Source: Takakia lepidozioides
Lineage: Eukaryota > Plantae > Bryophyta
Length of the DNA: 64,000 bases
NCBI GenBank assembly: GCA_030704615.1
Contig: CM060734.1
Location: 38,316,001 to 38,380,000, forward strand
Direction of reading: 5' to 3'
Below, one piece after another: positions 38,085-50,037 of this stretch; positions within the stretch are counted from its first letter, which is position 1; every line of letters begins with the position of its first letter. A program made the position numbers and the translations under genes. The notes below the pieces were generated by a model. The model was not told where the DNA came from. It saw only the letters and a program-made list of their open reading frames with translations, and did not search any database.

Positions 38085-38225
38085 TAGTGGGTTTAACGGG
38101 TTCTGGACCTAGCTGGCGGGTCCGGGTCCGGTTTTAAAATGAACCCGGGTCAGGGTCCGAGTTTTTGGTGATGGCACGGGTCCGGATCCAGATAGATAAC
38201 CCGGACCCTAACCAGGGTTTTTTTT
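38085..38225. repeat. CGGGTC/ACCCG motif cluster resembling hAT subterminal repeats
   Basis: Multiple CGGGTCCG/AACCCG motifs in both orientations. Confidence 0.5.
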
Positions 38226-38629
38226 AGGGATTTTGAAAAGGGGTACGAGTGGCTATATATATTGGGTGTAGGGTAGTGGCCCACTCTAGGTAATTTTCCT
38301 CGAATTGGTAGGCTACATGTATTTCCACCCTTGCCATATTTTGCGAATCAAATGGATGTTGATGAGCAATAGAAGGTGAAGTATAGAAATAGTTGAAAGC
38401 CATAGGACGAATGGAACTTTCTATGTGAAAACCAAGGCTAATTGGTACAAATGAGGTGTATAGTTCTCGCAAGACTGGCGACGAGCATCTCCTTGGGAAA
38501 CGGAGGAGGCCCCACAATCCTAAACCTACTCCTCATTTGGCCCGTCAGATCATCCTGCATGGGGCCCGCCATGGCTACATCTATGCTGTTGCCCTCGTGG
38601 GTCCACAGACGAGGACCTTTTGAGACCCC

Positions 38630-38740
38630 CAATTTTTGGCGAAAACTGCCTTATTTGGACCTCTTTTTCCCTTTGTTTCATTCGCCAAGGGGATTTTCAG
38701 GCGGCCAAATGGCGGAAAATCGCCAATAAAAAAAACGCTG
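38630..38740. mobile_element. Probable hAT-like transposon terminus
   Basis: Reverse complement begins CAGCGTTTTTTTTATTGGCGATTTTCCGCC with repeated TGGCGA/TCGCCA motifs. Confidence 0.45.
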
Positions 38741-38949
38741 ATCCTAACCCACCGGGTACTCGGGGTGAAAATCCGGACCCGCACAACACTGTCGTCGATG
38801 TCGTCAATGATCATCCTGAAATCATGATCATGAAAAAATTGAGTGTGTTGACGCACTCAGTTCTCACCGGGGGGGGGGGGGGGGGGGGTGTCCCCCCCCC
38901 CAAAAAAAACCCGCCAGGTACCCGGGGTGAAAATCCGGACCCGCACAAC

Positions 38950-39230
38950 CGGGTGTACACAATGATCACCTCGACATTTGCTGTTCACGATAGGGCGTAC
39001 GACATCACTGTTTCCAATTTCCCCAATTGCACCTGTCTTGATTTTGTTGGGATGCTATCAACCAGTTTGGGTAAGAGAGGTAAATTCGTACCCTGCAAAT
39101 ATTTGTACTTCATCTTCGTGAAGATGATGGTTTGTGATCCCAAACGTGACAATTTCATCCACCATGCGACAATGAGTTTCAACAAGATCAATACTCTCTT
39201 GCAACGGGATACAAGCACATATGTAGATGA
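38950..39230 (+). mobile_element. SWIM zinc-finger C-terminal fragment of a MULE-like transposase
   Basis: VYTMITS..YDITVSNFPNCTCLDF..GKFVPCKYLYFIF..FIHHATMSFN; CxC..CxH with H replaced by Y. Confidence 0.8.
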
Positions 39231-40379
39231 CTTGCTGTTTCTGGAATGTGGTGAATGTTCAATCCGGTATCGCAAATTTGAATTCAGGTTGGTTTCGACT
39301 GTGAGTATGCAAAGGGTACAACCATGATGTGTAATGTGTAGTTGGAACATTGTCACTATAAAACATTTCAATTCAATAGCAGCATTCGTGAGGTTGTTGA
39401 ATGATATGGCATGCCTTCTCCCTCCATTATGCTTCCAATTGTATAATATGTGTGCTCTATTTGGCAATTTTATGGAGCTCATGCATCATTGGTCCTGTGG
39501 ATGTCTGCATGTTATCTGAATTGTCAATGTTATTTGGGAAGGGTCGGGGTGTTCATATGTCGTCATGTATGCCACTGAATTTGTGAGGTTAGTTTGTCGT
39601 CCATGTAATTGTAATTGTCAAAACTATAGTGTTAATTTCACTTATTGTGGAATGGACGCCACAGTTGTGGGCTTATTTCCCGTTTCGGGTGTTTCATGGT
39701 GGTCTTCATGTTATTCACCAAATTATTGCCCAAGATAATCCCACGGTCATAGGACCCTCGGGAATAGGCTCCTTATGTTTTCGTTGACGTGGCGGATGCT
39801 GACGTGGTGCCACATCAGCACCCAACTCTATGTCAGCTTGCTGACATCAGGCTCACGCCACGTCACCAATGTGTGAGCGTATGCTCACGCGCAAGGCTCA
39901 TGCCGTTGCGTCGTTGGGGGGGGTGAGGGCCGGATGACCCACATCATCCACTTAATTGAGGTTGGATGGATGAGGAGGGGATCGACAGTTCGGGGGAGTG
40001 CCACGTGGCTGGAGATGGGGGTGGGGGATCACTGCAGTGATCCACAGCGGGGGGCCGCCACGTGGCTGGAGATCGGGCGGTGTTGTGGGGCGCCGCGTGG
40101 CCAGCGGTGGGGCGAGGGTCGGGCGGGCGGGCGGGCGGGGGTGAGGGGGGCGCGGGGAGCAGCGGGGCCGGGGCAACGGGCGGAGGGGTTGGAGGGGGGT
40201 GGGGGTGATTTGACATGGGGCGTCCAGCTCGCTGACGAAGCTGCCGGAGCGGGGTTTCCCTGGCTGTTCCTCGTGGGCCGTACCTGTCAGCTCACACGCT
40301 TGCAATAAAATCAAGCCACATCCATATTGGGACCGGGAAATAATATTAGTTTTTTTTTTTTTTTTTCATTTTTTCATTT

Positions 40380-40636
40380 TTCTTTTAAAAAAGAAATTTA
40401 AAGGGAAACACCTGGGAGCGACAACCTGCTCACAAATCAGGCCCCTTGATGAGAAAATAAGAGTGAGAGGAGAAAATAACCTCTTTCACAGTAACCGTGC
40501 CATGGAGGCTGAGAAATGGGACACCGCCCAGGGAAGGGGGAGAAGAGTATACCACACCCGTCAAGTAGCAGGATTTGATCCCAGAATCATCTGGGTGGCA
40601 CTCAGTGCACTTTACCAACTGAACTACTGACTGTTG
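40380..40636 (-). mobile_element. tRNA-derived SINE-like element, family B
   Basis: Reverse strand: GTAGTTCAGTTGGTAAAG (A box)..GGGATCAAATCCT (B box)..CCTGATTTGTGAGCAGGTTGTCGCTCCCAGGTGTTTCCC plus an A/T-rich tail; the 3' part recurs at 49330-49470. Confidence 0.65.
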
Positions 40637-41309
40637 GTCTTTCTCTTTATAGTCTCTTCTTTTCTGTGCCTTTGTGAATCATGAGACAGATTTTGATTGG
40701 ATTTGGGTCCGGATGTTTTGTTCATTCGGTCCTCTTAATTTCTTGTCAATAAGCTCATTGAGTTACCGGTGGAAAAAATATAGTCTCTTCTTTCCTTCTT
40801 TCTCTAGAATGCTTTAGTCCACCATAATGTAGAAAGTAGAAAGTATCTATTTACGGTGGCCAGTGTGCACGTAGGTATGTTATGTACTTGAAAATACTGT
40901 AGTGAGATCGGCCTTGCTCATTACTAAGCACTGCTCTCTTCTTCGCCGTTAGTATGCTGTTACTTAATCATTCTTCGGTGTTGAGGGTTGCATATTTAGT
41001 CTCCCACCCTGCAGTTGGTTGTATCTTAATTCCATGCAGAGCGCATGAGGCTTGCTAGATCTGTGAGTTGGATATGAATAAAGGTCTAGACAACCCCCAC
41101 ACCCCACCAATGCAACAAAACCATGTCATGCTCCAAAAAATGGCAAACCGTTCAACCAAAATGAATAACCCAGTCTGCAGTGTACTCTATGATCATCCAC
41201 CCCCAACCAAGACAACGAAAACAAAACGCAGACAGCCCAACAATGCATACCCGACCCGAACAACAAATAGACACTTACACTCTTTTTTTTTGGGGGGGGG
41301 GGGGAGGGG

Positions 41310-42380
41310 TTACGACGCCCCTGGCGTCGGTAATCGTGCATTTTCGAACCCACAGAAAACACAAATTTACAACCCCTCGGGCGTCGTCGCTATGAGGCGG
41401 TTGCAGATTTCGGACTTAAGGCGACGCCCGGGGGGTCACAGATGCAACCCCTTCTGAAAATTCCCGCTAGCGACGCGCAGGGGTCGCAATGATTGCGACG
41501 CTCGGGGTGTCGCTATAGCCATACAGGAGGGGGGAAAAAAGAAAGAAAGAAAAAACGACGCCCTTGGGGTCGCTGTTTGGGAGCGATGCCCTGGGCGTCG
41601 CTTTTGAGGTCTTTTTGAATTTTGGATTTTGAAAAATGGCGAGATCTACACGGTTCAAAAAAAGGCGGGAGTGTACATGGTTAAAAAAATGGCGGGACAT
41701 ACACTTGCCACGTAGTATCAAACCTAACCCTTGAACATGTTTTTGCAAGTAGCCGACACATATCGAGTTCCTAATTCATTCAACGTGTTGTTAGGCAAAT
41801 TTGAACTCAAGACCTCTAGATTAAATACACATAGTAAGACACTTCACACTAACAAACATATCAATTACTGAACTTACACACAAACTCATGATTTAATTGT
41901 ACATCAGGTAGTTCATGCATCTCTTCTGCTCATCGTGACCTTAAAGCGACACTCCTCACGTCGCTCAAATGTAAGCTTTTCCTGCACCATCTACTGTAGA
42001 AACCAAAAAATGATCAAGTCATTTTTGGCGTTGCTACAAATGACTTATACAAAAAAGAAACTCAAAAGTGACGCTAAGGGCATCGCTAAAAATGACTAAT
42101 CAAAAAAAAAAACTCAAAAAATGTGACTTTATTTATTTATTTATTTTGTCGGGGTGCCGGAAGTGACGCCCTGGGTGTCGCAAAGACGTCGCAACCTCGC
42201 AACCGACGCCCTCGGCGTCGCACAAGGGGCCGACCCCTAGTGCGTCGCAGCCCAGCTGCGATGGTTGTTCGTTTTATTTTAGTCCATTGTGACGCTTGAG
42301 GCGTCGTAATGGAGGACTTGGTAAAAATCCACAAAAACGTGGATTTTGGCAGTGTGTCTGCGACGCCCAGGGCGTCGCAA
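41310..42380. repeat. Dispersed palindromic motif GCGACGCCC(A/T)GGGCGTCGC, more than 10 degenerate copies, next to the piggyBac-like gene
   Basis: Perfect copy TGCGACGCCCAGGGCGTCGCA at 42359-42379; variants near 41312, 41420, 41469, 41495, 41556, 41583, 42068, 42163, 42204, 42289. Confidence 0.8.
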
Positions 42381-42649
42381 GATGGGGACGCGGCGGGGGC
42401 ATCACTAACCCCTCTTTTTTCCTGTAGTGAGAAGAGCCCAAGTCATGAAATCTGGAAATCCCATTGTTCATCAAACCACAAAGGCATAACCAACTTACAC
42501 ACATGGCACACTCCATATGAAAACCCTTTCCAAGGAACAAATCTCACAACGGTGAGATGACAACCATTACACAGACAACCCCACAAATCGCTAGATACAC
42601 TCACAGGCAGAATTCAGGAAAAATCTGAAATTATGTAGACAACTAGCTT

Positions 42650-43870
42650 GCATGTACACACTGGAGCTCCCTCCAACAGGCACCAAGACATAGAAATGAA
42701 TCTTGGCATTGGGGACAGTAGGGATGCGTCCGACGACATTGGCAAACCACGCACAAACGGCGAATGGTGGAGTGTAACGTCTGGTGCTCATCTGAAGCAC
42801 GTGGCACTAAGATAGTTGTCGTTTCCAATGTCGCCCAAGTGCCTGCTGTAAGTGAAGGAGAAACAAAACTCCAGGTGAGACAGAGCTTGCACGCACATGC
42901 AATTCAGGGCGGGTATATGCAATATATATGAATTCACCATAGTGGTATCAAGAAGGAAAATAAAACCCTATGCCACTAATTGTGGGTTTTGAGCTGCATA
43001 TTACAAGCTCATCTGAGCTGGTTTTCTACGTCCACACCGCGCATGTAGGTTTGATATTGCACATGTATTGGCACAAACAGCACCGAGACCCTAACATTCC
43101 CACAAATCGCAACACACTCACAGGTGAATTTGGGCCCGATGTTGGCCGAGCCGATGATGACACCATGAACACTCCCTTCTTGTCCCATGCCACCAGAGAC
43201 ATATAGCAAGCTGCATCTCTTTGAATTGCAGTCAAGCATGTGAAGAAATGAGGCAATCCTTTTCTATTCAACCTTATTGTCCCAGTGGCTCAGGTCTTTT
43301 TCAAAGCTAAGTTATACAACAATTGGAGAGAAGTGAAGTAACTCACTGACCATTGTGTGTCCCTGCCATGCAATCCGGACACTAGACGAGTTACTACATC
43401 ATAGCCCTCTCCTTTGCCCGACTTCTGTTTCATGCCAAGGGATCCATCTCCATTTTTCCCACAATACACATCGAAATCGCTAACATAGCTAGTTACAGAA
43501 TTGGCAAGGCAAGTGCCCACACCTTTATGCCCAACTTGGCAGGCATCTATTGGCGGATCGCACAATATACTTGACCATGATCTCATCCACAGTCAATAGT
43601 TTGCCCAAATTTGAGTGTGGCCTGCACTTCATAGCAATTTCCTCACACAACCATCGCACCTTGCCAACTGTCAACATGTCAATTTGCACTGCTGACCTAT
43701 GTCTCATTACACACTACCACAATTTGGATTCATAAGGGCCTCGGGTCATGACTTTTCTAATGACATGACAGCAAAAAACAACCCTATGACTGCTGCGGCT
43801 GTTAGGTAGTTTTTTTTATGCCCATGAACAAACAAATGCCAAACCATGCTCGCAATCCGAGCACAATCAG
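42650..43870 (-). mobile_element. piggyBac-like (DDE_Tnp_1_7) transposase pseudogene
   Basis: KVRWL..LTVDEIMVKY; LANSVTSYVSDFDVYCGK..YDVVTRLVSGL..YFTSLQLL..ATGTIR.NRKGLP; VAWDKKGVFMVSS; LLDTTMVNSYILH; C-terminal Cys-rich RRLCVVC..PYCPQC..LCLGACW. Confidence 0.88.
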
Positions 43871-45892
43871 AGGCCTTCACATTGAGTTAATTTTCCTAGC
43901 CTTCTAATTTAGTTCAACCTTTTTCCAAAATATAATAGGTAGGTAGTTCAAAGATGTTGGAATAAAAATGTTGAGGGAGTGGAGGGCTTGGTGGTCTGTG
44001 GGCTGCTACACTGTGCAAGAGCTGCAGATGTTGTGTATGGAGGTGTCTACAACTTGTTTCGGTTAGCAGAAGCTCCATCAATTATGGGTTTTGGCGAGGA
44101 TGAGTACATCGAAGATGCCAACTCAAACGAGTCTGGTGCAGCATTGACCACCCCCTGTCCCCCATCCTTGCATTTTGAAGCGCTCCTTGAGCGATTGATC
44201 ACCATGCACACCGGCTCGGGGCCAGGAGTTGATTGAGTTGTAGAATATTAGTGCGTGTAGATTCTTTTCTTACCAAGCCCACTCCCAGCGACGGCCACCC
44301 CTTCCCATAGGAAAATGTTCGCGTTGCGTTCTTGCGGTTTTCTAACTGTATGTTTGAAAGATACAAAGCGGCACTCGATATGACAGGCTGCACCTTTGCC
44401 ATTCGTTTGACTGCTACAGGAAACATCTATATGTGTTGAGCACTGCACAGCCAAAGGCACAATATGAGTCTGTGTGGCAACCGTGTGACGTTGTTGTCAC
44501 ACTTTGACCCGCCAAGTTTTTTTTTTCTGTTTTATTGTACCGTAATTGGTGTACCTCTTGGTTCGTCTTGATGCTTGACGATTGCCCACGTAAGTAGCGA
44601 GAGAGGGTTGGGAGCGCTAGACAGTCGCAAGGTAAGGAGAGGAAAAGGGGGAATTCGAATTGCCCGACACCATTTTCTCTGATTGTTCCTATTGCCGGTT
44701 GTTTTCCACCCAGCTGTCCTTCCCTTTCCCCCTTTTCCCTTGCTGTGAATCTCCCCCTTCTATCCTTGTTTTTGAGAACTTTCCTTTGCCTTAAAAATTG
44801 CTTCCACCCCAAGTACAGCTGCCCAAATCAGGTGTCAAACGTGGTGACGAGTGTCTGTGTGGATGGTTCAGCTAGCAGAAGGGAAAACAAGGGGAAGAGG
44901 AAAGGAAACGTGGTGGAAGAGGAAGTGTACAACATCGATGGTGGTTGGATGGTCATTTATGACTCCACAGAGGAGGTAAGGTGATTGCCTCCCTACCCTC
45001 TATGCTGTTTCTGTGGGTAGGCAGGGGGTGTTTGATGGGCATCAGAATAAATTTGTAAGGGTCATTATAACCCCTCTTAAAGGGTTTCTTATCAGCACCT
45101 TGATACTAGGAGCCATGAATATATCCATGGCTGCTCTATGGGTCTTAAAATCTGAACTTTGAGTAGAAGTTCTAGTAGGACACACCTAAAGTACAATAAT
45201 TCTCAGAGGTTTTGAAAACCCCTAGCAGATGGCATTTTGTCCAAATAGCAACCCAGGTGGATGGCAGCAACTTTATTATTCAGGGACTTGTAAATCTCGA
45301 CAGGAAGGCCTTTGCAAAACTGGAACAAACTCAAGAAATTGGCAGAAATGCAGGAATCCAGACAGATCCACTAGGCAAATTTACCTAGATATCGAATGTA
45401 GATCACTGATGCTGACATACTTGAACAGCCCGGTCACCTTCATCCTTGAGGTTGGAAGTGTGTGGATGCCGGATTTAGTTAGCCTGTGTGGAAGGTGAAC
45501 ACTTCTTCGAGTAAACTTGCAAGTAGACAGACATATTAGTGCCTACAATGTGGTCCTTTAGATGGTACTAACAGGAAGTTTCAAGCCCAGGAAATTGTGA
45601 TGGAAGTGGATGAACACCGTCTTTTATACATTTTGAAGCAGCCCAAATTCAAATCAAGAGGAAGTGTTGACTGGGAGATGGTTGATGGAGCTGGCAGGAG
45701 TGCAAGTGCCATTGGATTGAAGGAGCGGTTTATTCTCAAAATAGATAACTACAGCAGTTTTGTAGCCCTTTGCATACATAGCAAGGAGCCTGTCCTTATG
45801 AAGAGATCTTGCTTTGAGGCGCCTAGGAGATTTGAGATAGATTATGTGAGCAAGCGGAGAAAGATTTCAATTCAGCGTTTAAGTCATGCAGG

Positions 45893-48700
45893 TTGGCGGG
45901 GTTGAATTCAGCACAGCTGTTGGAATCAGGCAACTCTATCATGACCACGGCTCTTGAAAGAGGACAAAGGGAGGGAATCACCAAGAATGTGAGGTCACTA
46001 TGTAAGGCAGGACAACTGAAAGAGGCGCTGCAGATTTTGAACCAACGAGGCATTTCAGGAGACTCCAATACTTACATCTGTCTCTTGCAGGAGTGCATCA
46101 ATGTGAAAGGACTAGCAGAAGGAAAGCAGGTCCATGCACACATTCTAAGAAGCGGATTCAAGCCGCACATCAGTCTACTCAACACCCTTGTCAACATGTA
46201 TGCCAAGTGTGGGAGTGTGCTGGATGCACGCCTAGTGTTTGACAACATGCCTGAACGAGATGTGTTTACATGGACTACAATGATGGCAGGATATGCCAAG
46301 CATGGGTGTGGTAGGGAGGCTTTGGAAATGTATGAGCAGATGATACAGGAATCAGTGATGCCCAACAGGGTCACATTCATTTGTGCTCTCAAGGCGTGTG
46401 CCAACCTAGGAATCTTGGAAAAGGGCAAACAGGTCCATGCTGACATGATCAAAGCTGGAATTGCTCCATATATAAATTTGGAGAATACACTTGTTAATAT
46501 GTATGCCAAATGCGGGAGTGTGGAAGATGCACGTCAAATATTTGACAGAATGGCCCAACGAGATATGGTCTCATGGAATGCTATCATAGCAGGATATGCT
46601 CAGCATGGATGTGGTAGGGAGGCTTTCGAGATGTATGAGCAAATGCTACAGGAAGGTGTGATGCCGGACAAAGTCACATTCATTTGTGTTCTCAATGCGT
46701 GTGCGAGCATGGGAGCTGGAGAAAAGGGAAAATTGGTCCATGCTCACATCATCAAATCTCGAATTTCTCCAGATATCATTCTGGAGACTGCCCTTGTGGA
46801 TATGTATGCCAAAAGTGGGAATGTAACTCGAGCACGTGAAGTGTTCGACAAAATGGCTCAACAAGATGTGGTCTCATGGAGTGCGATGATCACAGGGTAC
46901 GCTCAGCAAGGGTATCGTAGGGAGGCTTTCAAGATGTATCAGCTAATGATACGGGAAGGGGTGATGCCCAACAAAGTCACGCTTGTTTCTGTTCTTGATT
47001 CTTGTGCCAGCCTGGCAGCACTAAATGAGGGCAAAGAGGTGCATGCTGATATCGTCAAAGCTGAAATTGCACCAGATGTCATTCTGGAGACTGCACTAGT
47101 CGACATGTATGCCAAATGCTGTAGTCTGAAGGATGCACGTCAAGTGTTCAACAATATGGCTCAACGAGATGTGGTCTCATGGAGTGTGATGATTGCTGGA
47201 TATGTTCAGCATGGGTGTGGTGGGGAGGCTTTCAAGATGTATGAGCAAATGATAAAGGAAGGGGTGAAACCTGATGAGATCACATTCATTTGCATTCTCA
47301 ATGCATGTGCCAGCCTGGGAGACTTGGAAAAGGGCAAAGAGGTCCATGCTGACATGACCAAATCTGGAATTGTCTCGTATCTTAATTTGGAAAATGCCCT
47401 GGTTGATATGTATGGCAAATGTGGGAGCATGAAAGATGCGCATGACGTCTTCAACAAGATGTCGAAACGAGATGTGGTCTCATGGAGTGCAATGATTGCG
47501 GGATATGCTCAGCATGGTTGTGGTCGGGAGGCTTTGGAGATGTATGAGAAGATGATGTGTGAAGGGGTGACACCTGATGAGATCACATTCATTTGCGTCC
47601 TTGATGCGTGTGCCAGCCTTGCAGGCCTGGAAAAGGGAAAAGAGGTACATGCTGACATCGTCAAAGCTGGAATTACATCATATGTTAATTTGGAGAACAC
47701 CCTTGTTACCATGTATGCAAAGTGTGGGAGCGTGAAGGATGCACGTCAAGTGTTCAATAATATGTCCAAACGTGATCTGGTCTCATGGAGTGCCATGATT
47801 GCAGCATACGCTCAGCATGGGTGTGGTAGGAAGGCGCTCCAACTATTTGAACAGATGCAACAGGAAGGCTTAAAGCCAAACAATGTCACCTTTATATGTC
47901 TTCTCTCTGCGTGTAGCCATGTGGGGCTAGTGGATGAAGGCCGTCACTACTTTGATTCCATCATCCAAGATCATGGCCTTACTCCTACAGTGGAGCATTT
48001 TGGCTGCATAGTAGACCTTCTTGGCCGTGCAGGGTGTGTGGATGAGGCAGAGGACTTCATTAACAAAATGCCAATCCAACCAAATGCGTCGGTGTGGGGG
48101 GCCTTGCTTGCTGCCTGCAGACTTCATGGCAACGTGAAGGTAGCAGAACGTGCAGCCAAATGCCGTCTTGCATTGGATCCACAGCATGCCCCAACTTATG
48201 TGCTTTTATCCAACATCTATGCTGCAGCGGGCAGGTGGGAAGATCAAGAAAAGGTGAGAAGAATGATGGAGGACAGAGGTGTTAGAAAGGAGGCTGGCCA
48301 CAGCTCTATTGAGGTGGACAATCGGGTGCACACATTTGTGGTAGAAGATAAATTTCATCCACAAATTGAGGAAATCCATGCTGAGCTGAAGAATTTGTCT
48401 GTCCGCATGAAGGAGGCAGGGTATGTGCCTGACACTCACTTTGTATTGCATGATGTGGAAGAGGAACAAAAGGAATTTTCTCTTGGGCAGCACAGTGAGA
48501 AACTAGCCATTGCCTTTGGGCTCATCAGCACACCCCCTGGAACACCCATCCGCATCATCAAGAACCTTCGGGTGTGTGGGGACTGCCACACGGCCACCAA
48601 GTTCATCTCCAAGATTGTCGGGCGGCAGGTCATTGTACGGGATGCCAACCGCTTTCACCTCTTCCAAGATGGGGTTTGTACATGTGGGGATTACTGGTGA
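45893..48700 (+). CDS. PLS-class PPR protein with E1-E2-DYW deaminase domain (organellar C-to-U editing factor)
   Basis: Open 935-codon frame with six L-S-P triplets (303-bp period), L2, S2, E1, E2, HSEKLA, CGDCH and terminal DYW. First in-frame ATG is 45941; an AG at 45890-45891 may accept an upstream exon. Confidence 0.97.
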   Translation: MAGLNSAQLLESGNSIMTTALERGQREGITKNVRSLCKAGQLKEALQILNQRGISGDSNTYICLLQECINVKGLAEGKQVHAHILRSGFKPHISLLNTLVNMYAKCGSVLDARLVFDNMPERDVFTWTTMMAGYAKHGCGREALEMYEQMIQESVMPNRVTFICALKACANLGILEKGKQVHADMIKAGIAPYINLENTLVNMYAKCGSVEDARQIFDRMAQRDMVSWNAIIAGYAQHGCGREAFEMYEQMLQEGVMPDKVTFICVLNACASMGAGEKGKLVHAHIIKSRISPDIILETALVDMYAKSGNVTRAREVFDKMAQQDVVSWSAMITGYAQQGYRREAFKMYQLMIREGVMPNKVTLVSVLDSCASLAALNEGKEVHADIVKAEIAPDVILETALVDMYAKCCSLKDARQVFNNMAQRDVVSWSVMIAGYVQHGCGGEAFKMYEQMIKEGVKPDEITFICILNACASLGDLEKGKEVHADMTKSGIVSYLNLENALVDMYGKCGSMKDAHDVFNKMSKRDVVSWSAMIAGYAQHGCGREALEMYEKMMCEGVTPDEITFICVLDACASLAGLEKGKEVHADIVKAGITSYVNLENTLVTMYAKCGSVKDARQVFNNMSKRDLVSWSAMIAAYAQHGCGRKALQLFEQMQQEGLKPNNVTFICLLSACSHVGLVDEGRHYFDSIIQDHGLTPTVEHFGCIVDLLGRAGCVDEAEDFINKMPIQPNASVWGALLAACRLHGNVKVAERAAKCRLALDPQHAPTYVLLSNIYAAAGRWEDQEKVRRMMEDRGVRKEAGHSSIEVDNRVHTFVVEDKFHPQIEEIHAELKNLSVRMKEAGYVPDTHFVLHDVEEEQKEFSLGQHSEKLAIAFGLISTPPGTPIRIIKNLRVCGDCHTATKFISKIVGRQVIVRDANRFHLFQDGVCTCGDYW

Positions 48701-49329
48701 AACAAGCAAAGCCAAGTTAATTATAAGAAGGAAAGTAAAAGCGACTGGAGATGGGGCTCTGTTATAGCAATGGGGTTAACCGTCTCTCACATTTTAGAGG
48801 CGGGAAAAGCAAGTCAGCCCATTGCCGTACTGGGGTAAATTTGACATACTACGGCTATGTGTACTTAACATGGTGGTGTGACATTCTCGTGACAACAGGT
48901 TCGCAATATTTCAATGGCCAAGCAAAGTTCTCCTCCAACTAGGATATAAACCGGGATGAAGTCATACTCAGCAGAAGGTCAATCACTGGGTTCTGTGCTG
49001 ATGAATAGAGACAAAAAAGGAAATTTTACTGCCGTTTTACCTTGTCCCATAATGAAGCTTTCTTCCGTTTCAACCATGATGGGTCAGTGGCTCGAGGAAT
49101 CCAACTAAGACCAGGCTTTCTCAGTGGAGATTGTGCAAACGGAGCTTGAACAAGTTGTTGAACCAGTTGATGAAGGATTAATGCTGCGGTGCCCACAATG
49201 ATAAAGTATAACAATTGTGCAGGCGCTCTCAATGCGTCTGCTCCAGAAGCTAATTCTCCCAAGTTGAAATGTTTGCAGGAGGTCCCACACTTGCACTGGA
49301 AAATTTGAAAATATTCACAGTATTTATAC

Positions 49330-49470
49330 TGTGAAAATACTGTGAAAATTTTCTCCTCTCACTGTAAAGGTCCTCTGTCCCCTTTCATTAATAAAAAGAA
49401 AAAGAAAAAGAACACCTGATTTGTGAGCTGTCGCTCCCAGGTGTTCCCTTTTTTGAAAAACAAATAAAAA
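49330..49470 (+). mobile_element. 5'-truncated copy of SINE family B
   Basis: ACTGTGAAA..TTTTCTCCTCTCACT..CCTGATTTGTGAGCTGTCGCTCCCAGGTGTTCCC matches the reverse complement of ~40400-40495. Confidence 0.65.
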
Positions 49471-50037
49471 ATCTAAAGTTATTTTTTCCTTGACCTCTTT
49501 GACTTCATCTGGGTCTCTGCACCAAAAACGAAAAAATACAAATTGTGATGATAGCCCTGTGAGGTCACGCCAATTTGTTTTTTTTTTAAAAATTTAGAAA
49601 GGGGATTCACTCTAAGTAGTATCTAAATAGCCTTCTTGTCCAGTCTACTACAAATTTTCTGACAAAATCACGCGTACGGATGAACAGAGGAGGGATGCGG
49701 TGTGTGAAGGATGAGAATCGTGGATGGTAGTAGGCGAAGGTTGCGAAACAAACGGTCAAGAAAGGCGGGGCAGCGAGAGCGCGTTGCGGCAGGGACCAGG
49801 CAGGCAGCCATGCCTCGCCCCGCGCAGCTCGTCTCTCTGCTGGGATCCTGCTTCGTCTCCCGTGATCTCTCGCTCAAATCTGCAATCGGGTTTCGAAGAT
49901 CACCTAATGGCCGCTGTGTTGGCGCTGTTTCGAGATTGAAAACGGGTTCGAAAGTGAAGTCCCGCACCTCTTTGGGAAGCAAGGTCAGAGGAGGAAGAAA
50001 GGCAGGGATCTGGAGGTGTGAACGGGAGCCGTGCACG

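Noticed and set aside
40565-40636. Functional tRNA genes here and at 12730-12800
   Set aside because: A and B boxes are present but no convincing acceptor stem or cloverleaf; they continue into shared SINE-like bodies.
48280-48700. U-to-C (DYW:KP-type) editing domain
   Set aside because: The PG box is variant (KEAGHSSIE), but HSEKLA and terminal DYW fit the ordinary C-to-U type.
49711-50037. N-terminal extension of the 632-aa ORF
   Set aside because: Similarity to dolichol kinase begins near ATG 50038; the upstream part is probably open 5' UTR.
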